This document shows positions 32,272-42,617 of a DNA stretch of 64,000 nt, in pieces (the first letter of the stretch is position 1; each line of letters begins with the position of its first letter). This stretch comes from Sedimentisphaerales bacterium (GTDB taxonomy: Bacteria; Planctomycetota; Phycisphaerae; Sedimentisphaerales; SM23-30), in NCBI GenBank assembly GCA_963666285.1, contig OY762711.1. One strand, given 5' to 3'. The position numbers and the translations under genes were made by a program. The notes under the pieces are model-generated. The model was not told where the DNA came from. It made no database searches and worked only from the letters and a program-made list of their open reading frames with translations.

Positions 32272-35200
32272 ATGAGAAATAAAGGTAAAATAAACGTTAT
32301 TCCTATTTTTGTCCTGGTTATTGCCTTGGCACTTTTAATTTTGGGAGCTGTTGCCATCCGGCATTGGAATAAGAGTAAAAAAATGAGTGAAGGACTTCGC
32401 CTCGGACTTATTGCGTATGAACAAAAAGACTGGATGGAAGCAGCCACACAACTTGGCTATTACCTTGGCGGAGCTCAGGATGATATCGAAATATTGTCTA
32501 AATATGCTGAATGCTTGACAAAAGCTAGGCCAACAGAACCATCAAGGTTAATGTCTGCAGCAAATACTTATAAAATCATATTAAGAAACGATAAAACAAA
32601 TGTCAATGCAGTCGAAAAAGCTTCTGACATCTATATTGCCATTGGAAGTCCTGGCGAAGCCGAACTCATGCTCTCTAACGCAATTGAGTTGCTTCCTGAA
32701 AATGAAGATTTGCATAATAAATACGCTCTTTCACTGGCAATACAAAGAAAACTTGACAAGCTTTTAGAGCTTAAAAATCAATATCCAGATCAATTAAAAG
32801 CCTACTATCAGTTTATTGCTGAGCTGTGTACAGCCGAAGATAAATATTCTATTGCTTCCGATATTCTGATGCAGGTAATCGATAAATACCCGGAAGAAAT
32901 AAGTGCGTATCAAAGTATGGTCAACCTGATACTGCAGAAGAATTACAAAAATAAAACTTTGCCGAATGTAGATAAAGTCAGTGTTTACAAGGAAATGGAG
33001 CCTTGGGTTAAACAGGCAGAAAAATCTTGTCCTGATTCGCCCAAATTATATCTAATGCTGGCAAACATCGCACTCTGGAATCAAGAGTTTAACCAGGTCC
33101 CAATACACCTGAATAAAGCCCTGGAACTGACAAAGGATGATGAACAACTTATAAAGATACAAATTGCATCAATTTACTCACAACTCGAACAGATAAAACC
33201 TGAAAACTTTAAGGGAATGACCGACCTCGCTATCAATATTTGCACTAACATAGTAGATAAAGATCCAGGTAGCCTGCGTGCCTGGAAGGCACTTATTGGG
33301 TTTATCAGGTTAGCCAACAACCAACAGCTATTAAATGAAATTACCGAAAAAGCCTTAAATTCTCTTGACAACACTTCAAGGTGGGATTTTATCCCCACTG
33401 CTATAGAAAATTACACTTCACTTCGTGAAAATGAAAAAGCCATGAAATTAATTAATGAAGTTGAAGAATCTAAAGTCATGGAAGCTCGTGTTGCATACTG
33501 GAAATCACTTATTGCTAGAAATAATAATGACAGCCTTAAAGAAATTGACCTGCTCAATAAGGCTATTCTACTTGGTTATAATAATAATCTAGTAAAAATA
33601 CAATTAGCCAATGCCTATAGAAATAATAATGATATATCTTCAGCAATCCTGCACCTAAGAGAAGTTCATGAAAAGTCGCCTGATATTAGAAGCGTAACAC
33701 TGGACCTGGCAAATCTGTATCTGCAAACTCAACAATTCAATGATGCAATCGCTACCGCTCAACAACTGCTTCAAAGATCGGAAAATGACGCAGATGCAAT
33801 AGCCATTGTTCTCCAAGCTAATATTCAGGCTGCCTCTAAAAATGAGCTTAAAGATCCGGAAAATTCTCTTTACGCTTCTATCCTGGCTGAGATATCAAAA
33901 CAAATGGACAAATTCGCTAATCCGCTGATCCCTAAAAGAATAATGTTTAGCCTTGCTGTTAAAGCTGAAAAGTTTGACGATGCATATACTATCATTGAAC
34001 AGCTAAAAAATGACAAATCAGTTGAGCAAGTTGATATTGAAAACTTACAACTTAGCCTTTTTCTCAATAAATCGCAATATTTTGAATCATTAAAACAAGA
34101 GGAAGATGCTCAAAAATCACAAAATGAAGCTATCAAAATACTTAAAAAACAAGTAAATTCTAACCCGGATAATATCAGTCTAACTTCAAGCCTTGCCAGT
34201 TTACTAGCAAGTAATAATAAATTTAATGAAGCACTCTCCATGATTGACCATTCTCTTGAAACTGCAAAATCAACTGCAAGCAAAAGAAACCTTATTTTTA
34301 CCAAATCAGACATAATTTTGGCTGAAGATAAAAATAACAAAGTTGATAACCCGGAAAATAGAGCATTAGCTGTTATCGAAAACTATTTGACAGATAATCC
34401 CCAGGATATCACAGCTTTAAGAAAGACTCTATATTTTAAGTCTGTTATTAATGATGCCGCGAAAGCTAAAAATACAATTGATTCAATTAAAGAAATAGAA
34501 GGAACCGATGGGCGTATTTGGAAAATCGAATTTGCCAGATACTGTTTACTGCAGGAAGAATTTAATAAAGCTGATGCACAGGATGCTATCACACAGCTAA
34601 AAGACATCCTGACCAAGAATCCTTTTGATCATGAATGTGCTGCGACCCTGGCTCGACTGTACGAAAAAGATGACCAGCTTCAACTGGCAGCCAACCTCTG
34701 GCTTGAAATTCATAATCGTTATTTGAATAATATCCAATTTGCAGACAGTGCAATCAGATGTCTCAGACGTGCCGGTCAAAATGATAGAGCAAATGATTTA
34801 ATCCAGCAAATGCTCGCACAGAAGCCTGACGACCCTCTCATGCTGGGACACGAAGTTGTTAGATTACTGGAAACAAATCAAAGTGACAAGGCTGAAGCTA
34901 TTCTGGAAAAATTATATTCTAATGGCAGCGATTCAATCACTCAAATTGTAACATTAGCAAACATGTACTACAATAAAGCTGAAAATTTCCCCAAAGAGAA
35001 CACTAACGACAAGGAAGCATACTACAAAAAGGCTTTACAATTATGTAATGACATTATTGCAGACAATACATATAATTATGAGGCATATTCAATTAAAGTT
35101 GGTGCCATGTTAGGTTTAGGGAGAAATAACGAAGCTAAAACAGTCTGCGATAAAGCCCTGGTACAAAATCTATCCGCCCAAAGCTATCTGCTTATGGCAC

Positions 35201-36786
35201 GTTTTTACCTAAACACTGATGATACAGATTCTTCTTTAGAAAATCTGGAAAAAGCTTGTACATTTGATAATCTGCTGGAAACTGATTATGCGAGTATTAT
35301 TGTACTTTACACAGCCCTGCAAGATACAAATGATGCCGTTAAATATGGTAAAATGGCTCTAAATCAGTTTCCAGATAATCTTGTCCTGGCCCGCCAGGTA
35401 ATATCATTATTACTTTTCCCTGCCACAAAACCTGCTTTATCAGCTCAACAAATAAACTCTCTTGATGAAAATAAACAGGAAGAATTAGTAGAGCAAAAAA
35501 TAAAAGAAATGGCCAAAGAAGGTAAACAACTATTAGATACAACAATGACTAAACATCCGGATGATAACCTTTTAAAAACACTTAAATCAAGATTCCTGAT
35601 TGACAGCGGCACGAAACCTGAACTTAGCACTGCTCGTAAACTATTAACAGAAGTCGTATCTAACCAAACAGATAATTTAGAAGCATGGCTGCTTTTAATC
35701 CAAATCGAGTTTAAAGGTCTACAATATGAAAGAGCAATTGACATTATCAATACTGCCTTACAGTATTTCCCTGAACAACCGGCTTTAATTTTCCAAAAAG
35801 CGGAGGCTGAAAGCAGGATAAACCCGGAACTAGCTAAACTAACACTCGAAAAAATATCTTCACTTGCTTCTACAGATGCAAATATTGGGATAAGACTGGC
35901 TAGCATATACCTGACTAGAAATGAACCTGAACAGGCATTAAAACTTCTGGATACCGCTGAAAAACTTACACAGAATAAATCGCAGCTTCAAACTATCACT
36001 ATTCTTAGAATACTTGCTTCATACAAACAAGGCAATAAAGAAGTTATAAATGAAATAAACCAGATACTTTCTGAACAGCCCAATAATATTGATGCACTCA
36101 TTGCAAAAGTTGATATGCTGATTTTTGATGAAAATTGGAATGGCATATCTGCAACCATATCTCAATGGGAACAAAACAATCCAGATGACCTACAATCATT
36201 ATTAAACGTTGTAAGCATGTTATTAAGACACCAGAAAAATGAAAATGCCTATAATATGATTTTCGAGCTTACAGATAAAATCATTGCAAAAGAGCCGGAT
36301 AATATTGCTGCCCTGCAGGTTCAGGCTGCATTATCAAACATAAACCAGGACATCCAGAAAGCCATCGAAAGATATAACCAGATTCTAAAATATGATCCGG
36401 AAAATACAGTAGCTATGAATAATTTAGCCTGGGTTCTTTCTGAGGAGCTTAATAAGCCGAATGAAGCTTTAAAGTTGACTGAAAAAGCTCTTGAAATTAA
36501 TGAAAACTATGCGGATCTAAATGATACTACAGGTGTAATATATTTCAGACTTGGCAATTACGGCAAATCGATTGAAAAACTGGAAAAAGCTGTCTCTCTA
36601 TACAATAATAACGATCCGGAACTGGTTAATACCTTCTTCCATCTAGGCAGATCCCATTACCTTGCTGGCAACAAGGTTGAAGCCGGTAAATTTCTACAGA
36701 GAGCAAAAGAGTTTAACGAAAGTACGAATACACTTACCGATAAGGACAAAACCGAGCTGAATGAACTACTCAGTTCTGATCAATAG
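32272..36786 (+). CDS. Large tetratricopeptide-repeat protein with N-terminal membrane anchor (PrsT-like context)
   Basis: 1504 aa of helical TPR-like repeats; AMNNLAWVL, DTTGVIYFRLG, FHLGRSHY. Confidence 0.85.
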   Translation: MRNKGKINVIPIFVLVIALALLILGAVAIRHWNKSKKMSEGLRLGLIAYEQKDWMEAATQLGYYLGGAQDDIEILSKYAECLTKARPTEPSRLMSAANTYKIILRNDKTNVNAVEKASDIYIAIGSPGEAELMLSNAIELLPENEDLHNKYALSLAIQRKLDKLLELKNQYPDQLKAYYQFIAELCTAEDKYSIASDILMQVIDKYPEEISAYQSMVNLILQKNYKNKTLPNVDKVSVYKEMEPWVKQAEKSCPDSPKLYLMLANIALWNQEFNQVPIHLNKALELTKDDEQLIKIQIASIYSQLEQIKPENFKGMTDLAINICTNIVDKDPGSLRAWKALIGFIRLANNQQLLNEITEKALNSLDNTSRWDFIPTAIENYTSLRENEKAMKLINEVEESKVMEARVAYWKSLIARNNNDSLKEIDLLNKAILLGYNNNLVKIQLANAYRNNNDISSAILHLREVHEKSPDIRSVTLDLANLYLQTQQFNDAIATAQQLLQRSENDADAIAIVLQANIQAASKNELKDPENSLYASILAEISKQMDKFANPLIPKRIMFSLAVKAEKFDDAYTIIEQLKNDKSVEQVDIENLQLSLFLNKSQYFESLKQEEDAQKSQNEAIKILKKQVNSNPDNISLTSSLASLLASNNKFNEALSMIDHSLETAKSTASKRNLIFTKSDIILAEDKNNKVDNPENRALAVIENYLTDNPQDITALRKTLYFKSVINDAAKAKNTIDSIKEIEGTDGRIWKIEFARYCLLQEEFNKADAQDAITQLKDILTKNPFDHECAATLARLYEKDDQLQLAANLWLEIHNRYLNNIQFADSAIRCLRRAGQNDRANDLIQQMLAQKPDDPLMLGHEVVRLLETNQSDKAEAILEKLYSNGSDSITQIVTLANMYYNKAENFPKENTNDKEAYYKKALQLCNDIIADNTYNYEAYSIKVGAMLGLGRNNEAKTVCDKALVQNLSAQSYLLMARFYLNTDDTDSSLENLEKACTFDNLLETDYASIIVLYTALQDTNDAVKYGKMALNQFPDNLVLARQVISLLLFPATKPALSAQQINSLDENKQEELVEQKIKEMAKEGKQLLDTTMTKHPDDNLLKTLKSRFLIDSGTKPELSTARKLLTEVVSNQTDNLEAWLLLIQIEFKGLQYERAIDIINTALQYFPEQPALIFQKAEAESRINPELAKLTLEKISSLASTDANIGIRLASIYLTRNEPEQALKLLDTAEKLTQNKSQLQTITILRILASYKQGNKEVINEINQILSEQPNNIDALIAKVDMLIFDENWNGISATISQWEQNNPDDLQSLLNVVSMLLRHQKNENAYNMIFELTDKIIAKEPDNIAALQVQAALSNINQDIQKAIERYNQILKYDPENTVAMNNLAWVLSEELNKPNEALKLTEKALEINENYADLNDTTGVIYFRLGNYGKSIEKLEKAVSLYNNNDPELVNTFFHLGRSHYLAGNKVEAGKFLQRAKEFNESTNTLTDKDKTELNELLSSDQ

Positions 36787-36829
36787 TCGATATAACTCAT
36801 TTAATTCGTACAATCACTACATCCATCAT

Positions 36830-36860
36830 AAAAGACTTGCCTGTGCAAGTCTTTTTTTTT
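36830..36860 (+). terminator. Rho-independent terminator
   Basis: AAAAGACTTGC-ctgt-GCAAGTCTTTT followed by a T-run, just after the TPR gene. Confidence 0.85.
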
Positions 36861-36962
36861 GCTGTATATAAATGTTGTTTTTATGCATCATTTTTTTTCA
36901 AATGTTGTTTTTTATATAGTATAATCTATTGAGTAATATGCAATTCAAGTAAATTTCGATAA

Positions 36963-37691
36963 CTATTATCATGCAAGAAAGGCTTTGATATCAATAATAT
37001 TATCAACAACAATAATGAACAACTTGAGGTTCTTGGCAGAATCACTGCCCAGGTAGCCCATGAACTAAACAACTCCATAGATGGTATGACCAGTTTTCTT
37101 TCCATGGCTCAAGCAAAGCTCAATGCCGGGCAAACAGATAAAACTGCCCAATATCTAAACAATATTGAGCTGGAACTTAAACAAATGGCTAATACTTTAA
37201 CTAACCTTCTGTCTTATTCAAGACCAGATAACATCCAAACAGAAAATGAATGTATTAGTGAAATAATTAAACGTTCTATTTACATGTTTGAACCGGAAGC
37301 CCATAAAAAAAATATTGATATACATGCTGTTTTTTCTCCTGATGCTGATATCTTTCCACTGGAAACCGGGCTGCTACCCGGTGTCTTCAATAATATTATC
37401 AAAAATGCTATACATGCTACGGATTCAGGTCATATCAAAATTAAAACAATACTAAATGATAATTCTATAATCATAACTATTAAAGATACCGGATCAGGTA
37501 TCCCTGAAAAATACATAAATGACATTTTCAGGCCTTTTTTTACTACCAAAGATAAAACTCATGGAACCGGTCTTGGCTTAGCAATCAGTAAAGAAATTGT
37601 TGAAAAAAGAGGCGGCACTATTTCTGCAAATAACCATCCGCAGGAAGGATGTGTGTTTGAAATAAGAATTCCTGTTAGCGAGAATTACTAA
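36963..37691 (+). CDS. Histidine kinase (HisKA + HATPase) without a sensor domain; start uncertain
   Basis: Frame open from 36963; H-box LGRITAQVAHELNNSI lies upstream of the tracked ATG (37086); NIIKNAIHA, DTGSGI, PFFTTK, GTGLGL. Confidence 0.8.
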   Translation, partial: LLSCKKGFDINNIINNNNEQLEVLGRITAQVAHELNNSIDGMTSFLSMAQAKLNAGQTDKTAQYLNNIELELKQMANTLTNLLSYSRPDNIQTENECISEIIKRSIYMFEPEAHKKNIDIHAVFSPDADIFPLETGLLPGVFNNIIKNAIHATDSGHIKIKTILNDNSIIITIKDTGSGIPEKYINDIFRPFFTTKDKTHGTGLGLAISKEIVEKRGGTISANNHPQEGCVFEIRIPVSENY

Positions 37692-37715
37692 TTATTTATT
37701 TTTGAATGGTTTTTT

Positions 37716-39080
37716 ATGTCAGAAAAGAAAATACTTATTGTTGATAATGATAGATTAACCAGGAACTCCCTGCAAGAGTTACTTTCCAGAAATGGTTTCT
37801 TGTCGGAAGTTGTATCATGTTTTGATGATACAATTAAGGAACTGGGAAAAAACTCTTACAAAATCGTTATTATAGATATTAACCTGCCTGACCAGGACAC
37901 CTTTAAACTATTGAAAATAATCAATAAACAATATCCCTTTATTAAAATTATTATCACTTCTGAGTTCGCTTCTGTCTCAAAAGCAGTTGAGGCCATAAAA
38001 GAAGGTGCTTTCGATTTCATCACTAAACCCATAAATGAAGAAAGTATGTTGCACAGTATCGATAAAGCCTTTCAAAATATAGAATTACTAAATGATGATA
38101 ATAAAAATTCCAAAGAAAATACCTACAGCGGGCTTTATAATATCATGGGATGTGATAGAAAAATGATGGATATCTTCGATATTATCGAGTCTGTTGCCCC
38201 TACTAAAGCTACTGTATTAATCACTGGAAGTAGTGGCACTGGTAAAAGTATGGTTGCACGTGCTATCCATCAAATGTCAGACCGGGCTGATAATCCTTTC
38301 GTTGAGGTTAGTTGCGGTTCCTTACCGGAAACTCTCCTGGAAAGTGAGCTCTTTGGCCATATAAAGGGTGCTTTCACTGGTGCTATTGCAGATAAAGAAG
38401 GAAAGTTTCTTGCCGCAGACGGGGGAACTTTATTCCTGGATGAAATAAACTCTGCCAGCCCTTCGATGCAGGTTAAATTGTTAAGAGTTCTACAGCACAA
38501 AATGTTTGAACCTGTTGGCTCGAATAAAACACATGAAGTTAATGTGCGTATATTATTGGCTACTAACAAAAATCTTACCAGACTTATAGACAAAGGTATC
38601 TTCCGAGAAGATCTCTATTATCGAATTAATGTTATAAATATCGACCTGCCAGACCTAAACCAGCGAAACAACGATATTATAATGCTTGCTGAACATTTCC
38701 TGAAAAAATTGTCTAAATATCATGACAAATCTTTCTCTGGATTCTCTACAGATACTATTGATGCCTTGGTAAATTATCATTGGCCCGGCAATGTTCGCGA
38801 ACTTGAAAATGCTATCGAAAGAGCTGTTGTTCTTGGTAAACAAAACACAATTACAATCCAGGATCTTCCCGGTAACATTTCAGAATCAGCTGCGGAAAGC
38901 ATTTCCGGCAAAGATAGCCACCAAAGCTTAAAAAAGGCTTTGGAAATACCGGAAAAACAAATAATTGTAAACACCTTAAAGCAATGTAACTGGAATCGTA
39001 ATAAGACCGCCGAAATATTGGAAATCAACCGCACAACATTATACAAAAAAATGAAATATTACGATTTATACGCAGGATAA
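37716..39080 (+). CDS. Sigma-54-dependent response regulator (NtrC family)
   Basis: REC domain, GSSGTGKS, ESELFGHIKGAFTGA, WPGNVRELEN, C-terminal HTH. Confidence 0.93.
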   Translation: MSEKKILIVDNDRLTRNSLQELLSRNGFLSEVVSCFDDTIKELGKNSYKIVIIDINLPDQDTFKLLKIINKQYPFIKIIITSEFASVSKAVEAIKEGAFDFITKPINEESMLHSIDKAFQNIELLNDDNKNSKENTYSGLYNIMGCDRKMMDIFDIIESVAPTKATVLITGSSGTGKSMVARAIHQMSDRADNPFVEVSCGSLPETLLESELFGHIKGAFTGAIADKEGKFLAADGGTLFLDEINSASPSMQVKLLRVLQHKMFEPVGSNKTHEVNVRILLATNKNLTRLIDKGIFREDLYYRINVINIDLPDLNQRNNDIIMLAEHFLKKLSKYHDKSFSGFSTDTIDALVNYHWPGNVRELENAIERAVVLGKQNTITIQDLPGNISESAAESISGKDSHQSLKKALEIPEKQIIVNTLKQCNWNRNKTAEILEINRTTLYKKMKYYDLYAG

Positions 39081-39133
39081 AACAAAATCGGCTATCTCTT
39101 TCAATAGACTGTTTATTATTTATATCATAAAAA

Positions 39134-40534
39134 ATGTCAGCACGAATACTTAAAAATTTCTTTAATATCGTCAGTATTATTCTTATCGGAGTGATAAGTT
39201 TCACTGTCTGCTACCATCTATTTTACCAGTACTGGACCACGGGCCAATTCGCTAACCCAAACGAAGAAATAAAGTTTGATAAAGATGTCGTCAACCGCTC
39301 TATTGCTTCCACGGTTTCTGTCGTCGCAAAGAATCTTAATAATTCAACTGTATCAAAAGGGAGCGGCTTCTTTATAAGCAATGATGGCACTGTAATTACC
39401 AATCAACACGTTATTGATGATTGTGACTTCATTATGATTATTAACCATAATGGAAACAAATACAAGGCTCAAATAGTTTCCTCTGATAAAAGGTCAGATA
39501 TTGCAGTATTAAAGATCAATATTGAAAACTCTAACTATCTAACTTTTGGAAATCTTGAAAATGTTTATCATGGACAGCCGGTATTTACCTTGGGTAATCC
39601 ATTAAATTTTGCTACTGACGGCAACGCCGTGGTATCAGTTGGCAGAATAACAAAGCTCAATAGTGCATCATTCCATACTCTTGACTTTCCAAATGACAGG
39701 TTTTATAGCAATCTAATCCAAATCAATGCCGCTACTTATATGGGTAACAGTGGCGGACCTCTTATAAATGCTGATGGTCAGGTAATTGGTATTATGACTG
39801 TAGCAGCTAACTCTATTGCTAATTCGAATATAGGATTTGCTATTGCTATCGATGATGTATTCAAAAAAATGATTAGTGATCTATCCTCTGGAAAAACCGT
39901 TAACCATGGATTTTTGGGAACAATTCATACCCCTGAAATACCTGCTGAAATAATAAGTCAATACAATCTCTCAGACCTGTCCGGGGCATATGTCAGTATG
40001 GTACTGCCCGGCTCCCCTGCCCAAAAATCCGGGATCATAAAAGGGGATATAATTAAATCTGTTGACAACATAGATATAAATGATCGTTCAGATTTGATTG
40101 CTTATATAAATACAATTCAGCCTGGTAATGAAGTGAATATTTCTATACAAAGGCCGCAATACAATTACACTTTAAAAGATATTTCTCTTACTGCTAAACT
40201 GGAAAATCGGACACTCAACAGCCGTAATGGCTATTTTGAAGAAGCAAATCTTCCGGAAACGGCCGCTTGGGGAATTACGGTAAAACCTTTGAGCCAATGG
40301 CGTATAGAAAAATCGCATATCCCGGCTGATATTGAGGGAGTGATTATTTATGATATTGAACCGGAAGGACCTTTGAAAATCATGGATTTACAACCTGGAG
40401 ATATCATTACCCATATAAATGGTAATCCGGTTAAATCTATTTATGAGTTTAGCCTTTTCGCAAGAGAATCAGTCTTTACTCCTCAATTCACAACATGGAA
40501 TAACAGGACCGCCATCGAAGGTTATCGCAAATAA
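39134..40534 (+). CDS. HtrA/DegP-like serine protease with PDZ domains
   Basis: GSGFFI, TNQHV, SDIAVLKI, GNSGGPL, two PDZ-like regions. Confidence 0.9.
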   Translation: MSARILKNFFNIVSIILIGVISFTVCYHLFYQYWTTGQFANPNEEIKFDKDVVNRSIASTVSVVAKNLNNSTVSKGSGFFISNDGTVITNQHVIDDCDFIMIINHNGNKYKAQIVSSDKRSDIAVLKINIENSNYLTFGNLENVYHGQPVFTLGNPLNFATDGNAVVSVGRITKLNSASFHTLDFPNDRFYSNLIQINAATYMGNSGGPLINADGQVIGIMTVAANSIANSNIGFAIAIDDVFKKMISDLSSGKTVNHGFLGTIHTPEIPAEIISQYNLSDLSGAYVSMVLPGSPAQKSGIIKGDIIKSVDNIDINDRSDLIAYINTIQPGNEVNISIQRPQYNYTLKDISLTAKLENRTLNSRNGYFEEANLPETAAWGITVKPLSQWRIEKSHIPADIEGVIIYDIEPEGPLKIMDLQPGDIITHINGNPVKSIYEFSLFARESVFTPQFTTWNNRTAIEGYRK

Positions 40535-40544
40535 TACATCCGGA

Positions 40545-42323
40545 CTAGCTTATATCAGCTTCATCCATATATCGATATAGTGTCGCCCTGCCTACACCCA
40601 GAATTTCTGCCGCCTTTGTACGATTACCTTCTGATTGACGTAATGCCTGGATAACCCTGCTACGATCGAGCTTACGCTTTCGCTTCCTGCTTTTTTTGCT
40701 GCTTGAATCGCTATTCTTTTTCACACTGCCGGATACAGCCCCCTGACCTATCTCTGGCGGTAAATGTTCCAGCCTGATCACATCTTCCTTGCATTTTACG
40801 AAAGAATACTGTACCGCATTTTGAAGCTCTCGGATATTACCCGGCCAGCTGTAATCTATCATTAGCTGCAGGGCCTGGTCACTTATATCCTTTATTTCAC
40901 GATTCTGCTGTCCGTTAAACAGCTTTATAAAATGCCTGATCAACAGCGGTATATCATTCCGCCTTGCACGTAAAGGCGGAAGCTCTAGTGGCACCACACA
41001 TAACCTGTAATATAAGTCTTCGCGAAAATCACCTGTAGCTACCATCTTCTTTAAATCGCGATTTGTGGCACTTATCACTCGAACATCAATATTAATTGAC
41101 TTCTCACCGCCAACCGGCTCAATCACTTTCTCCTGCAGTACTCTCAACAGTTTTACCTGCATCATAGAACTAAGCTCACCAACCTCATCCAGGAAAATAG
41201 TCCCGCCATCGGCCAACTCAAATTTTCCCTTCTTGTCACGATAGGCCCCTGTAAATGAGCCTTTTACATGACCAAATAGCTCACTCTCCAGGATCCCCTC
41301 TGGCAGAGCCCCGCAATTAACCGCTACAAATGGTTTCCCTACACGATCACTTTCTCCATGGATAGCACCGGCTGCCAGTTCTTTTCCTGTGCCGCTTTCG
41401 CCATTAATCAAAACCGTACAATCACTGTCAGCCAAATCACGGATAAGAGCATATACCTCCTGCATAATCTTATCAGCTCCTATTATTCCATGAAAACTGA
41501 AAGTTCGCTTCATCGCATTTCGAAGCTGGGTAACTTCCGTTATATCATTAAAACATGCTATTACCCCTATTGGATTATCATCAAGATCTTTAATCGGGCT
41601 GATAAACATTTCGATCTTTTTAGGAATTCCGGTTTTTGTCGATGTATTCACTACATAATTCATAGCATCTGTAGATGCCAGATTCTTTGATATAGTATCA
41701 ACATCATTGCAAAATTCACACTTACCGCCGCAAAATCCGTTAAGAAATATTTCATGACAATCATAGCCAATCACTTCTGTACGGGAATAACCCAATATCC
41801 TTTCCGCTGATGTATTAAACCAGTTAATCTTTCGATAAAGGTCATGTACTATAACCCCCGACGGCAGGTGATCAAGAATTGTTTCCAGCTCATGCTTAAA
41901 TCCGGCTATAGCTGCCAGGTATCCGCCATTTAATAAATTTGTAATATTATGGCTCAATTCTCGCTCTAGCTGCTCTAATGAATATTCATTTTCCTCACCA
42001 CATTCATTCAGATCCCAATTCAATACAATTTCTTTTCCTGGCAAGGATTTACACACTCTTTCTATTCCGGTTCCTAAATTGATCACTACATCTGCACCAT
42101 TACAGTCACATTCTTCATAAATATCAATTGAAACCTGAATCGGATCAATGCCCAAATATGACAACTTTGCGGTATCAGATTCAACTTTATATGCTCCAGA
42201 TATAACTGCTCTGATTTCCAATGAGGCCTTGTTGCCGCTTTCCTCCCAGAAACGCCTGGCTAAAGCAGCAGCAACTATTGCACGATGGCCTTTTTCAATG
42301 TCAAAAAAAACTAACTTAATCAT
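40545..42323 (-). CDS. Sigma-54-dependent transcriptional regulator with a PAS domain and an N-terminal ArsC/LMW-phosphatase-like region
   Basis: PAS (FNTSAERILGYSRTEVIG), GESGTGKE, ESELFGHVKGSFTGA, WPGNIRELQN, HTH. Confidence 0.9.
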   Translation of the reverse strand: MIKLVFFDIEKGHRAIVAAALARRFWEESGNKASLEIRAVISGAYKVESDTAKLSYLGIDPIQVSIDIYEECDCNGADVVINLGTGIERVCKSLPGKEIVLNWDLNECGEENEYSLEQLERELSHNITNLLNGGYLAAIAGFKHELETILDHLPSGVIVHDLYRKINWFNTSAERILGYSRTEVIGYDCHEIFLNGFCGGKCEFCNDVDTISKNLASTDAMNYVVNTSTKTGIPKKIEMFISPIKDLDDNPIGVIACFNDITEVTQLRNAMKRTFSFHGIIGADKIMQEVYALIRDLADSDCTVLINGESGTGKELAAGAIHGESDRVGKPFVAVNCGALPEGILESELFGHVKGSFTGAYRDKKGKFELADGGTIFLDEVGELSSMMQVKLLRVLQEKVIEPVGGEKSINIDVRVISATNRDLKKMVATGDFREDLYYRLCVVPLELPPLRARRNDIPLLIRHFIKLFNGQQNREIKDISDQALQLMIDYSWPGNIRELQNAVQYSFVKCKEDVIRLEHLPPEIGQGAVSGSVKKNSDSSSKKSRKRKRKLDRSRVIQALRQSEGNRTKAAEILGVGRATLYRYMDEADIS

Positions 42324-42343
42324 AGTTAACTTTCGCTGTTTTT

Positions 42344-42401
42344 AAGTTGCAATAACGAAGTGCCTCTGGTAAATCTCCTAAAAGGCCTTTCTGCAACACT
42401 T
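42344..42401. repeat. Palindromic element, copy A
   Basis: AAGTTGCAATAA...CCTAAAAGGCCTTTCTGCAACACTT; related copy at 51715-51754. Confidence 0.7.
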
Positions 42402-42617
42402 TGAATTAAATATACTCTCAAGAATTAGCTCAAAAATACGATTAAATGCACATATTGTGTCAGATACCGAAGTTCATTATAATTTATATTCTATTGCAAG
42501 AAAAGGACTTAATGTCACTATTTTTTCTTGATTATTAAGACTATCCGTCATAATATAAATAATGGACAGTTAGCTTAAAAAGATTGAGGCCAATGACTTA
42601 CGAAAGGTACAACTTAG

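Noticed and set aside
42344..42401. Integron attC site or sigma-54 promoter
   Set aside because: GTT/AAC order is opposite to attC, there is no integrase, and GG-to-GC spacing is not 10 nt.
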